From positions 22,692,001 through 22,756,000 of the forward strand of contig CM120645.1 of the NCBI GenBank assembly GCA_051362555.1: a stretch of DNA of 64,000 nucleotides, read 5' to 3'. Numbering within the stretch: the first letter of the stretch is position 1; each line of letters starts with the position of its first letter. A program made the position numbers and the translations under genes. The notes beneath the pieces were generated by a model. It had not been told where the DNA came from, did not search any database, and saw nothing but the letters and a program-made list of their open reading frames with translations. This DNA comes from Lingula anatina. Taxonomy: Eukaryota > Animalia > Brachiopoda. Below, piece by piece: positions 48,652 to 61,895 of the stretch.

Positions 48652-51344
48652 GGGGAATACCCGCTTTAAGGGTCTGCCGCTAGATGGCGTGGGGGTGAAA
48701 GCAGTCCTTCTTAAATCTCGCAGAATCTCGCTCACGGCTTTACACCAGAGTTTAACATGGAGCGTGTGCACGCGTCGCTTACAGTGAACCAACTCAAACG
48801 CAATTTACTTGAATGTGGTGCCATAACATCTGGATGAAAATGTGAATTGACTGAAAGGTATGTGTTTTCTTTTCATTTAGTGCTTGAAAAACACGAATGC
48901 TAACTATTTTCCTTGAAAAAAATCGAACATTAGTCGAGGTGTGTGTGTCAAATCTGACATGTTATGTACATGTAGACTACTGTAGGTACGAGTAGGCCTA
49001 CGCTCATATTTTGTTTTAGTAGCACGAAAGACGAAGGTTTTTTATACTTAGTAAATGTACTTATTTTTTTTCTTTATAAGGTTACCCAAAGAAGGCCCAT
49101 ATATTGGGGGCAAAGCCTGAAACTGTCGATTTCAGGACCCCAGGACAGCCAACTTCAAGAGCAGGATAAAATGATTACTTCAGGAATCTTACCCGTCACT
49201 TCACATCAAAGGCAAAGATTGATGTAGCCACCAGTTATGCCTACCCTAAAGCTGACTTACAGGCGGCTGTGATGGACAACAACTATTGCCAAGTGCCATG
49301 AAAACAATAATGCATGGATAGATGGAATGATGTAAGTGAAAACAGAGGTCTAATATTAAGAATCAGGCCCAAATATAAGAAAGAATTATCAAACTAGGTG
49401 ATGTGTGACATCATAGAAATATATAATTGTATCTTAACTATTTAATGCTGTAACCATCTACCATGCTTTAATGGGATATGACTATTTCAGGTTGAGGAAC
49501 AAACAGCGAAGGACACTGAGCATAGCAAGTTACAACAAGGAAAGAGCGCAATCTGACACAAGGAGAGACAATGGCGGATCACTGCTTCCAGATTTGGAGA
49601 GATAATGTCAGCTACAGAGAAGAAGTATATGAACAAACTGTATGAATACTTGTTGTGTCCAAAACCATTGCAGACACATGACAGTTGGACCCGGACCCGA
49701 TTTCCCCTTTTTGGAATGTGTATCTCGTGCACGAATCTGGGCCTAAAGAAAACCCGCGAATACTATACTAAGTTAGAAGGCCAGATGTTCATTACAAATC
49801 GCCCATTCTGCTATTTTGCTGTGTTTACATTCAAAGATCTGTTTGTGGGGTTGATTCATTCTGACGCTGGATATTTTTCTACATGTATTTTGCCCAGGAT
49901 AACTTTTTTTAATGAAAAACACTATAGGAAGTATGTGTCAACCAGTTTATAGAAAGTACCCCTGTATGAGATGGTTTTAGCTGCAATCATAATTTTGAAG
50001 TGCAATTTTAAAAAAATGTTTTCACTAAAATGAAATAATTTGGTGGTGCTATATTCTTTACAAAAAGTACTTATGTGTTTATGCTGTTTTTAATAATATT
50101 TAACTGTAATGAAAAAAAACCATGATGCTATTTTGTAAAGTATTTTAGTGGGATGAAATAAATTGCTAGTTGTATTTACAGCAAATAATTTGGTTTTTCT
50201 GCTTTTTAAAGAATTTTCAAAGTGATGACATAATGTGGTGGTTCTATTCAAGTAAAATAATTCATAAGTACTATTTTGTAAAAAGGAACAAAAAACTGTG
50301 TTAATTTGTAAAATGTTTGCTTTCTTTAATTTTTATTTCTTAAACTGTTACAAAAAGTTTTCCATACCTACAGTAATCCATTGGCTGAGAAATTGCAAGT
50401 AAATATTTAGGAAAGTTATAGCACAAATAAATTATCTAAGTATTACATGGTTTCATGGTTTTTACTATGGACTGAATAATTATTTTGTTTAAATAAAATA
50501 TTTGGTTTTGCTGCTTTTTAATGAATTTTCAGAGCGATGAAATAATATGGTGTTTCTACTCAAGTAAAACAATTCAGAAGTGCTATTTTGTAAAAAAAAG
50601 AACAAAAACTGTTCATTTATAAAATGTTTTCTTTCTTTAAATTTTATTTCTTAAACTGTTACAAAAAGATTTCCAAACATGCATTATTCCATTGGCTGAG
50701 AAATTGCACCTATACATGAACAAATAAATTATCTAACTATACCTAGTTTTATGATTCTTACGAGGTACTGAATAATGATTTTAAATAAAAATAATTATTT
50801 AATTAACATTACCGGTCATGCTCAATACATCAATAAAAAAGGATATTACTTAATAACACAACCTTATGCGGGTAGTAGGCTACCGGGACCTATATATATT
50901 TACTGACAACTCTTCTGAAATTACGGACATAAGAAAACGCACTTTGATAAATCATACTTCCTAGGGGCACTTTCGTGCTATGGAGCTCTCTTTCCAAAAC
51001 TTTATAAGTTTTGCCAAGATCAATTAACCTTTTTACGTGTATTCTTTTTGAGGCAACTCGTCTATCTTTAGGGGCCTAATAACTGTTCCTGGGTCAAGTT
51101 GTAACTGACCCTTTAACATGGAAGGTGTGTTGACATGGGCAACCCTTCACTTCAAACGAAGCCCTGAATCCTCAAGAAAATTATGCCGACCTTGCCGACT
51201 TTGACATTCAGGTAAACAACAATACTGAGGCATGTTTATTAAGGCCAGTACCACAGTCCAACGTATGCAATATCCAACATGGCGACTGTGGAAGGACTGA
51301 ATTCACACTAGCGACACCTGGCGCCAAGCGGGCTGGTATTCCTC
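48652..51344 (+). mobile_element. ISL2EU-like DNA transposon derivative with decayed YqaJ-like nuclease, inserted upstream of carboxylesterase A
   Basis: Termini ggggaatacc / ggtattcctc, AT on both flanks, absent at the paralogous site near 59160; ERQWRITASRFGEI and YY.KLEGQM.IT...C.F.V.T remnants at ~49490-49950. Confidence 0.75.
50160..50790. repeat. Diverged ~320-bp tandem duplication inside the ISL2EU-like element
   Basis: tttggttttt.ctgcttttt...caagtaaaa.aattca...cttaaactgttacaaaaag...ccattggctgagaaattgca occurs twice. Confidence 0.7.
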
Positions 51345-52838
51345 ATTCACCAGGTGATGAATTAACAACAATTGTGATTATGTCATCCACACATTATTCA
51401 CTACATATAGGCGTCTGTCATCAGTTTTATGTCGTTTCAGTCAATATCCCGCATATTCTGTGATAGATAGAAAACATTATATTTCTTTTTATAATTTGTC
51501 ACAGTTTTTACGTTTTTCATTCTCTCTCTTCTCTCTCAGGCGCAGTCTGTCATATAAATGTACAGCTGAACTGATTGTCATTCTTTAAATTTGCATGTAG
51601 TTTTTATAGTACAATTTGCCATATTTGCATATTGTTATAGTTGTTTTAATGTTAGTTGCCATATGTCGCAGATAAAATGGATAATCCAATTCATGCAATG
51701 CAACATAATTCAAATTATGCTTCTCACAAGAAGTTAGGGAAAACTTAAGAAAACAATTCTGTAAAACCTATTTGTTATCAAATAATTATGAAGGTCTCTT
51801 TGCCAAGCCACGTAGACAACATTTTTTTTATCTTTAGTAATTGAGTGATGCTGGTGTCATTTTCATCAAACCGATCGTGTACACGTGTCTTTGGCTCGAG
51901 CGATCCTTTTGCTGTCTCCAGTATTGTGTATATATATATTATTCCCATTTCTCAATGCAGTCTTCAACAATTAAGCGTCTGAGTTGCAAGATTTTCACCA
52001 AGTGATATCTGAAGGTGTTTTTGATGTACGACAGATTTGAATTTAGCAGTATCAAATACAACCCTAAGTACTTATGGACAATAATTCTGGGTGGGTGTTA
52101 TTTTAAGCTAAAGGTCTGATTAATCTGTAATCTGTATATACGTGCACTGTTGTTCAGTACGTATACTAAATAATGGATATTTGCTGTATGAGCAGAGTGT
52201 TGGTCACTCAAACGTTTCACCTAAACATTAAAAACCAATGGTGTCTAATTTTGTTGGAATGAAGTCTGATTTTCATAGACGAACAGAAAAATACTGATTA
52301 TAGAAAAAGGCTGTGATTTTTTAACTGAAGAGACAATACTTTTCACTTTACATTAAACATCAATGGCGTTTGTTCTGTGTAAAAGGATGGCCTTAGATTT
52401 AATTTACAGTAGAAGTCCCAGTTACCACATTTTTTATTTCCCACTCTCACATATTTTCTAGAGATGACTGGTGTACACCTGAAAACCCAACAATAGCAAT
52501 GAATATACTGCATAGCTTTATCCATACTGTAGACCTTTTCTACGACTATTTGATCCAATTATTTCATGATAATGCTGTTCCACAAAACCACATAGCAACT
52601 CGTGGTTATATATTGTATAATCAAAAATTCCATTTAAACACAAAATACCACAATTGGTATGGAACTGAATAACTCCCGATAATACAGGTAGCTCCATCAT
52701 ATACAAATGCCTTTGAATAAGTTACTGCTAACAATTTAGGTACATACTGTGATAACCACCAAAGAAATTATACTATTCAACATATGCTAAATCTCGATAA
52801 AAAATGCCGTCCAATGTTTTTTCCCACTGCTTTGAAAC

Positions 52839-54573
52839 TCAATTTGTACGAGCAAGAATTTTTGGTATGGTTTTCATCCAAAACTTGACCCGTTTCGGAA
52901 TGATTTTAGTCTTTCCCACTATGACGTCACCAAATTCGAGGTAGTGCTCTTTATTCACAGTGTATTTCTCCCATATTGCTGGGACAGGCTCTGGCATGTT
53001 TGGATTTCTGAAACAAACTATACGTTACAATATGAACCGCCAAAAAATTATCGGAAGATATTATCCGCTACCAGTAAGTGTAATTCGTATAGAATGACGT
53101 CAGAGTAGTTTGAAATTAAATAAGTCTCTATTACATAATTTATTCAAATGACAACACTTTAAAGAAGCCAATAATACTGCACTTGGCCACAGTAGAAAAC
53201 AGACGCTAAATGCCTATAACTTGACGAAAACACATGGTCAAATATACATTTGGTTCCTTAATATTGAATTTGGTTTCAATTGCACCTGTTATATCAAATT
53301 AATTATCTTTGGCGTAGAAAAAATCAAGTTTCCCACACGTTTTAGTTAAAGCCTTTGATAAGTGTACATCACCATTTACCTAAAATACCAACTTTTATAC
53401 CATTTATATGCAAGGAATCAAAACAAATAGTATCTGCTTTATGGTTAATTGTGGATTTCGATCGTTTTTGTTTGTGAATTACAATATTAGAATGATATAT
53501 ACAGAGTTGGCTCAATTTCATAAAAAAGTAATCCATAGTAACTGAACTATGTAAAAAAGTGCTTCGTTGCCATATAACTGTGATATATAGTATTACTTAC
53601 CCAGTCTTGGCAAAGTTGGACCAGTATCGTATCACCATCCCACTTAGATACTTCTCGTCGTCAGCGAAAGTGGCACCAGAGACGAAAGGTTCGTGGGAAC
53701 CAATCATAAAATGAAGGTCGTCTCCGTGACTTGCGCGCAGAACCCATGATGGCATACCAGACACAACATGTCCATACAGCGGCATTCTTGTAAAGTAGTA
53801 AAGGTATGTCGAGCCACCCCCATCGGAGAGATGAGACACTATAAATTTAAACATCGGATGAGTGAAGATTAAGTCAGTGCCGAGGTCGACAAAATCACTC
53901 GCAGTTTCTAATTTGGTGGCGGTTTTGTCATAGTAAAATTCTGTGATCGCGTTGATTATATCCGTGTTGTTGCCAACCTCTAATTTAGTCCAAAAAGGAA
54001 TCAGTGTGTCACGAAACAAAAGGGGATCAATCCCGTCGGAGAACTTATTTCGAACCAAGATTCCTCCATCTCCATTAAGCATTCCAGTTACGAAGTCGAG
54101 AGAATGGAGGCGTTGCAATACAACAGGATCACTTAACATCTCTGATATTGGTTTCGTAAACAAGATTCCGTCAATTGAGGGTCTGTAAAAATATCCCGTG
54201 AGCCCTACGGTGGCTTTCACACTGGCATTCACAAGGGCCTCGGCGTCTATGGTGCGTAGACATTTCACGAGTGCCGTTGTGTTTGCCGTTGGACAGCCAA
54301 CAATGTTTCCAATTCTCACAGCGAGTTCTGGGCCATTTTGTGACATTGCCCAAGAAGCGCTGGCAGTACCACTCTGACTTATCAAGCGTTGAAAGAGGCC
54401 TGTAGAAGCGTTTGCCAGTGCCAGCTGTGTTGCACTACTGCCACCTGCAGATTCGCCAAAAATCGTCACCCTGTAAAACACCAAGGGCAATATAACACTA
54501 AATGAGCGCACACGCTTGGGTCATCACAATGATATGATCTTTTAAATAAAAAATGGACAGGTGGACTCTCAAA

Positions 54574-54604
<31 letters not shown>

Positions 54605-55404
54605 ATCGCGCACCTTCCAGGGTCCCCGCCAAAGTACTGGATATTCTTCTTGATCCATTTCAGAGCCTCAATTTGATCCCACAGTCCTATATTACCTGGT
54701 GCGCTGTCGTCACCAGTGCTGAGAAACCCAAACACATTCAGGCGGAAGTTCATAGCTAAGACTATGACGTCACCCTTTAGAACTAAAAGTATATGCAAAA
54801 ATAGTGATCTGGCCTCATTCATGTTAAGCCTGAAATAAATTCAAATAAACAGAAATGTCTGTGTTTACATTTTAAAGATGCATATGAAGTCAATTTATGC
54901 CACAAAAACCAATCAAATGCCAGCATACATGTATATATATAGTTTCAAATAGTTTAACTAAAATAATTGCCAAATATGTTTAATATTACCCAAGCAGGTT
55001 AAATTTCTGCCCAAAAATTTGAAAAAGGGAGCAGTCTAAAGCTCTTTTATGGCTGACCGAGTGATTTATTCATTTTATCTCTGGTATGTCGACTTTATTT
55101 GAGTCGAATATATATGCGTTACTGAAGCTCGGTTCGTATGTACCTTTAGGCTTTTAACAAGGAAGTTTTCCTTAGGGTGTTTAGATTGTGTCAGGTCTAG
55201 AAAAGGTTATTTATTTTTCTTTCTTTCTGATAATTTTCGTAGTTTCCATAAATTAGTAAAGTAAGGGGAAATGAAGTGTTCGAAAGATATTAGAGTAATT
55301 TTCGTATTATTCATAGTAATGATGCTTCATTTTATATGTCTGAATATCTATGCTGTGATGAATGCTCACACACAATTTTTGACTACCCCCTACCCCCACC
55401 CCAC

Positions 55405-55457
<53 letters not shown>

Positions 55458-58400
55458 TGATGGACAACCTCAATTTTAAGTGGCATTATAAAGCAACATA
55501 AAGTGCATTTCAAGATGACTGTTAAAGCATTTATGTAATTAGAAGGTTGGCGCATTTGTCCTTATATCGTCTTCAGTCCTTTTTTACTCACCAAATTCTG
55601 TGAAACTATATATATATATATCTGCTCCAACTGTGATTTAACCCCCACAATATATATTCAGTGACAATTTACTCACCGAATTCTTTGAAGCTATATGTCG
55701 ATGTTCCACCTGTGATATAACCCCCGCCATATATCCAGACCATGACCGCCTTATTGTTGGAACTGTTTGTGGATCCAGGAACAAAAACGTTGAGTGTCAG
55801 ACAGTCTTCCGAAATCTACACGATAAAGAGAAAATATTAATATTTTGATGAATTTCACAATTAGATCAGAAAAATAACATAGATCTACAGGTACATGAAA
55901 CAATGTTTCTTTAACATAAATAGATCAATTAGTATATGTGCCTCAGTGGTCAGATTCAATTTGTAAATTAAAATATCATATACGTAAATGTGAATATCAA
56001 ACAAATTTTTGAATACACCTGTAGTTTAAATAACTACTGATTTTTCTCAGAACCTAAAATATCATTATTGTCATAAAGTATCTGTAAATTCAGAAGGTTA
56101 AATTCTTGAATAGAATACAACGTGTGAGGGATTGTGGGGAATATAATAAAACCTTTGCACACTTTTACTTTAATTTTCAACAGATATAAAAACATTTGAT
56201 ATTTGAAAATTGCACCGTCTTACTTTAATATTTAGCAGATATTGAAATTTGGAAATTGAATGTTGGAAATTATTATCAATTATTATTAATTATTTGAGAT
56301 CAATACCGTAAGTACGGTTGGGATTGCTAGTAAAAATAGTGAAGCGTTCATGCTAATATACCTACTGTATATTATATGATTTGGGCTTAAATAGTAATGG
56401 AATTAAAAGATAGTGTAGCATGCCTGTCACGCAATCACTGTCTTGGTAAATGCCCCTTTTTCATTATACCCTCCATTAGGTAGTGATTTAAACTTTAGTA
56501 AATGGTTGTATTTGAAACAAATGGAGCATTTACAACTTTTTTATGTTGTGCATGACTTCGTGAAGATATCCCCCAGACTGACATAATGTTGTAATTCTGG
56601 TAATTATCCAATAACTTAAGTTGGCCCATTTTTTCTATTTCTATTTCATCATCAGTTTTATACCTTTTTAATCGGCATTTAGCGCCTAGATATATTTAAA
56701 GGAATTTTAGGATTACAAAGTACACATAACTCTAGGGTTTTAATGTGTTATGTTATGTTCTGTTACATCGTGTACACATACACACACTGGACAAAAGAAG
56801 TGTCACCCCCTAACTCAGAGTAATAAAAGTAGGCCGATCTTGGGTACTTATAATGCCTGGTCTACTTATAATGTGACTAATGAGTATAAAACCGCTATAC
56901 CATGGAATTGTATAGTTGGTCTTGTACATGTACAGCAAATGTTATTCCTGTCTTCCTCCAATATGACAAGATACAGGCAATTATATAACGGTTATAGGTG
57001 CAAGTTATTAACCTGAATAGGCGGAATATAAGCAATGTCAGAATATCGATACAATTGAATTGTTCAGTCAGAACCGTGCAGAGGGTCTGATCTCGGTATA
57101 GAAACACTGGATCAAGAGACAAATTGCCTCTGATGGGTCGTCCAAGAAAAAATACTGGCCGTGAAGACCGACGACTGATTTTGATGTCCAGGTTGTCAAA
57201 GTTCGACACTGCTTGTCAGTTGACAACACAGTGGAACAATTTCACACATAAGAATGTGTCTGTGAAAATTAAAAGGCGTCGGTTACATGCTCAGAGAGTG
57301 TACAGCAGGGTAGCAAGACTGAAACCTCTTATATCGTTACAAAACAGGCAACGTAGAGTAAACTAGGGTCAACAGGATCTGGAACTGGACAGTTCATGAC
57401 AATTAGTCCTATATATTTTTTTCTGATGAGTGTCGCTTTGGTCTGTCCTCTGATGACAGACGGGTACTATGCTGGCAAACTGCTGGTAAAGCACTTGAAC
57501 CACATGCACTGAATTTTCGAACCCGGAGCAGCATATTCGTCATGGTGTGGGGCTGCATCAGCATCCATGGCTTGGGCGAATTGATAGTGGTTGATGGAAA
57601 CATGAATCACTAGAAATATATCGATGTTTTGGAGTCAGGCTTGCTACCATCTATTACTAACATGTTTGGTGACAGGAATTATCCATTTGTTCACCAGGAT
57701 GACAATGCTCCTTGTCACAGGCCCAGAGCAGTTGATGATTGGTTTGACCAACAGGACATTCGCAGGGTGATGTGACCTGCCCAGAGTCCTGATGCAAACA
57801 TAATAGAAAATGTGTGAAATGATATGTCAAAACTTTTTACAAATGCCCGTCTAACCAGCAGAGAAACTCTGTTATATTCAGTGTTTCATGCTTGGGCCAG
57901 CATTAGCCCTGAACGCATCAGACAATTTATGGAAAACCTTGCTTCGTAGACTGGCACCTATTATTAGGTCACGTGGCTATGCCACTTAGTACTAATTTTG
58001 GACTTGAAACTGCATATTTTGGTAGAATGTATATTTTGTTCTCATTTTGTGATTTTTTGTGAAATTTGATGTTAATAAAATGATACCAGGAGCATATCAT
58101 TCCGCAGTCATTTATCTCCCCCATAGTATCGGCTCAGTAGGGGTGACACTTCTTTTGTCCAGTGTGTGTATAACATTTAAAATACATAGTATACTGTAGT
58201 TGTTTCTCCTTGTGATTAACACACACATGAAGTTAACGGGGAAATGCCATCATTTTTATTTCTGTGAATTTTTTGCTTTTAGATGAGGGCATCTCAAGGA
58301 TATCGTTACATTTCAGATACCTTCATATATTCGATATATTAAGAACACTATAAAAACACAACACCCTCAATTGCTACTTGCTGTATGTATTCAATAGATG

Positions 58401-59010
58401 TTACTTGGGAAAAAAACAGTTATTTTCAAACCCATAACGATCATATATAAGATCATTACGATATTTTAATTCACTGCATCTTAAAAGGATGGTGTAAATC
58501 ATGGCAGCTATAGGTAATTTATTTTCAGTGAACACGTATTCCATATGTTTCTTCTTACTTATTCTATATATGTTTGCTGGAAACAAGATGAATTTATGCT
58601 GAATAAAGCACCAATGCATTATTTTACTGAACATCAGTATCTAAGGTTTGATAAAAACTAGCCATTAATAAGTTTTAATGTACATATACAATGTGTCTCA
58701 TACTAACCGTCTCAGGATCGGGAAAGCCATAGGGATTCGGCAAGTTTTGCATGCAGGCAGGCCCAAACGCCGTGGCATCTTTAACACCTTCCCAGTTCTC
58801 TGCAGGCTCTGGTAACCTAAACCTGAGATCTCCCACTGGAGGCTTGGCGAATGGTATACCTAAGAATACATCCACTCTGTTCCCTTGTACAGTTTCTGTA
58901 GCTCCCTGTAACGCTCCGTTGTCAATGTACACAATGTTCTGGCATTCTACATCCTTCAGAACTACAACTGCCAGAGAAGCGCAAATGACAATCACAACCC
59001 AAGACTCCAT
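52839..59010 (-). CDS. Type-B carboxylesterase B, secreted, ~549 aa (exons 59010-58708, 55815-55677, 54782-54614, 54470-53601, 53007-52839)
   Basis: Same exon sizes and phases as copy A except exon 4 (+6 nt); [33 protein letters not shown]. Confidence 0.92.
56781..58168 (+). mobile_element. Tc1-like transposon with decayed DD34E-type transposase, in intron 1 of carboxylesterase B
   Basis: 28-bp TIR cacacactggacaaaagaagtgtcaccc, TA on both flanks; [35 protein letters not shown] with several stops. Confidence 0.92.
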
Positions 59011-60357
59011 TCTGCGAAACTTCACGTATAACAAATTATACTGCGTGAAAATATGTAACTCGCGACGTTTATTCGATAGTCTGGGAAGCCTTAGTGCATA
59101 ATAATGTTCCTTTTATCCACGGAAAGATTACTTTTTTCAAGTCTCGGTGTCTTCCGTTATGTCACCAGGTGATGAATTAACAGCACTTGTGATTATATCT
59201 TCCACGGATTATTCACTATACATATAATGCGTCTGTTGCTTTCATATTGTTTGCGTCACTACCCCGCATATTATGTGATAGAAAAATTATATTTCTTTTA
59301 TAATTTGTCTTAGTTTTTAAGTTTTTCATTCTCTCTGTCGTTCCCTACCCGCATGATCTGTCATATAAAGGCACATCTATACAGCTGAATAAATTGCCAT
59401 TCTTTTGATTTGTATGGAGCTTTTATTATAACACAATTTGCCAAATTTGCATATTTGTTATAGTTGTCTCAGAATGCAAGCTGCCATTTTATAGAGATAA
59501 AATCCAATTCATGACATGCCCAATAATTCAAATTATACTTCTGACAAGAAGTTAGCAAAAACTTAGGAAAACAATTTTGTAAAACCTGTTAGTTATAAAA
59601 TAATTATGAAGGTCATTTTGCTGTCTCTAGTCTTTGCTGTCTCCAGCTTTGTGGTCCCATATACCTGTACTGCTGTTCAGTTAGTATACTGAGTAATGCA
59701 TACCTGTAATTGCTGTATGAGCAGAGTGTTGATCACTCAAACGTTTCACCTAAACATTAAAAACAAATGGTGTCTTATTTTTTCGGAATAAGGTCTGATT
59801 GTTTACAGACAAACAGAAAAATGCTGCAATGTTTTACTGTAAATAGAATAAGGCTGTGATTTCTTATTTTTCATTTTACACTTAACAGCAATGGTGATTG
59901 CTATGTGTTAAAGAATGGTCTTATATTTAATTCATAACAGAAGTCCAAGTCGCCAAAATCCCAATTTATCTTTTCCCACTCTCATGTATTCTCTAGAGAT
60001 CTCAACCACTACAAGTACATGTAGGCCTTTTAATTGTGACTGGTGTACATTTGAACGCAACAATATCAATGAATACACTGCAGTGCCAAACTTAATTGAT
60101 CGAGAAAAAAAGATCCGGTTTTCAAAGACGAATGCAAAGTAAGTTGCTGCGATTAAAAAAATGTTGCACATAGTTAATGCGTTCATTCAAGTATATTGTT
60201 TAACCGATATTTCCTCCTGAACATTTAATTTTGTACTCTGTATCAACAAATAATAATAATAATTATAATGATAATAATCGTAATACCTGCACTAATCTTC
60301 ACCATAGCAAAGATACGCACCTACCTTTCGAATTTTGTTCAACCCAGTAAAGCACAT

Positions 60358-61277
60358 CCCAGCGGGCAAATTATGTTGTTTTAACGTTGAAACAACGTTG
60401 AACCATAACGTTGATAAGACGTTGGATAAACATTGGATTTGAAAGTTGGATCAACGTCAAATAACAACATTGTATCAACCCCAGTTGTTAGACAACATTC
60501 TTGCATGAAAAGACATTGAAATGACCTGAAATGTTTTTATTTTTGGTACAAAACACAGGTACACAATTATAACGTACACTGTAAAAACATCCAAGTGCTT
60601 GCTTTGTCTGATTTTTTCAACGCATTTAGCTCCTAAGCTTGTTTTGCACCTAAGCATGGTACACCCTTTTAGCCTGGATGTGTTTAGCAGAAGGACATGT
60701 TTGATGGCTAAATATATGTAGGGTATATATGTATGTATGGCCTTTAAGTTAGGATTTCCAAAGTTAAGTTATATATATAACAAAGTCACATTCATCTCAA
60801 CCTGTCTATCTATAACAGGGTACCGAGAACTGTCAACTTTGTTAACTTCACTCAGTCACAGTTACAGCGATTATTTCCTAGTGTTAGCTGACCTTGCAAG
60901 GAAGTTTATTGGAATGTATTTATGAATAACAAGTTAAGAAAATTCACTAGTTCAATAAAGACACAAAACGACTGTACACTTTAACTTTAAAACACTTTTT
61001 TTATTATTTTGATAAAGTAAGTTACAGTATTGATAAACAAAGTATCACGTTTTCAATAATTAATATTTTAAATTACAATCCATGTCTTGCTTCACGACGA
61101 CCAAACAACAACGTTGAGTCAATGACCAAACTACAACGTTGAGTCAACGTCACATTATGACGGTGTTTTGACGTGACCGGGTCAACGTTGATTTTACGTT
61201 GAATTTAGGTAGATCAACGGCAATTCAACGTATCAACCTGTTTTCAACGTTGATCTAACCTAACTATGCCTGCTGGG
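60358..61277. mobile_element. CCCAG-ended non-autonomous element (EnSpm/CMC-like) with CAACGTTG subterminal arrays
   Basis: cccagcgggca ... tgcctgctggg; AT on both flanks; many aacgttga palindromes near both ends. Confidence 0.75.
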
Positions 61278-61798
61278 ATGTAACCCCTTTTTTAATCAAA
61301 TACATTGCGATGTTTTTAATTAAATTTACTTTCATTGTTAAGGTACAAAACATGGAAATATCTGCAGTAGTGTATATGCTATTTAAAAACAGGTTAGCAG
61401 ACATGTTTGCATATAAGTGTAGAATAAAAAAACAATGTCTGCATTGGTCTCTTCCTGTGTGTGAAATACAGTTTTGTTAATGTTTCAATGACACATTTGA
61501 GATGACAAACTTGTTTTTTACATCTTTAAATTAATTCCATTAGATGCTCCCATTTTATTTTAAAATTTAATACTTAGTTTTTGCTGTTTATGTGAACTAT
61601 AGCTTTCATTTCGTTGATTTTGGGGGGTTTCCTTCTTCATTGCTACATTTCCATAATCACATAAGTTTCATTATTTTGGTATCGTTATCCTTACAAATGA
61701 GGTTTATATTGGGATGAACACCGAAGCTATTATACTATTCAGCATATGCTAAATCCAGAAAAGACGTCGTCCAATGTTTTTGCCCTCTGTTCTGAATC

Positions 61799-61895
61799 TC
61801 AGTTCGAACGAAATATGATTCTTGGTATGATTTTCATCCAAAGCTTTATCTGCTTCGGAACGAGTTTAGTCTTTCCAACTATAGAGTCACCAAAT
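61799..61895 (-). pseudogene. 3' remnant of the last exon of a third carboxylesterase copy
   Basis: FGDSIVGKTKLVPKQIKLWMKIIPRIIFRSN* aligns with exon 5 of copy B, followed by matching 3' UTR; homology stops abruptly at ~61895. Confidence 0.75.

Noticed and set aside
37914-59101. Plus-strand ORFs antisense to esterase exons and minus-strand ORFs within the LINE
   Set aside because: Shadow frames of real coding sequence
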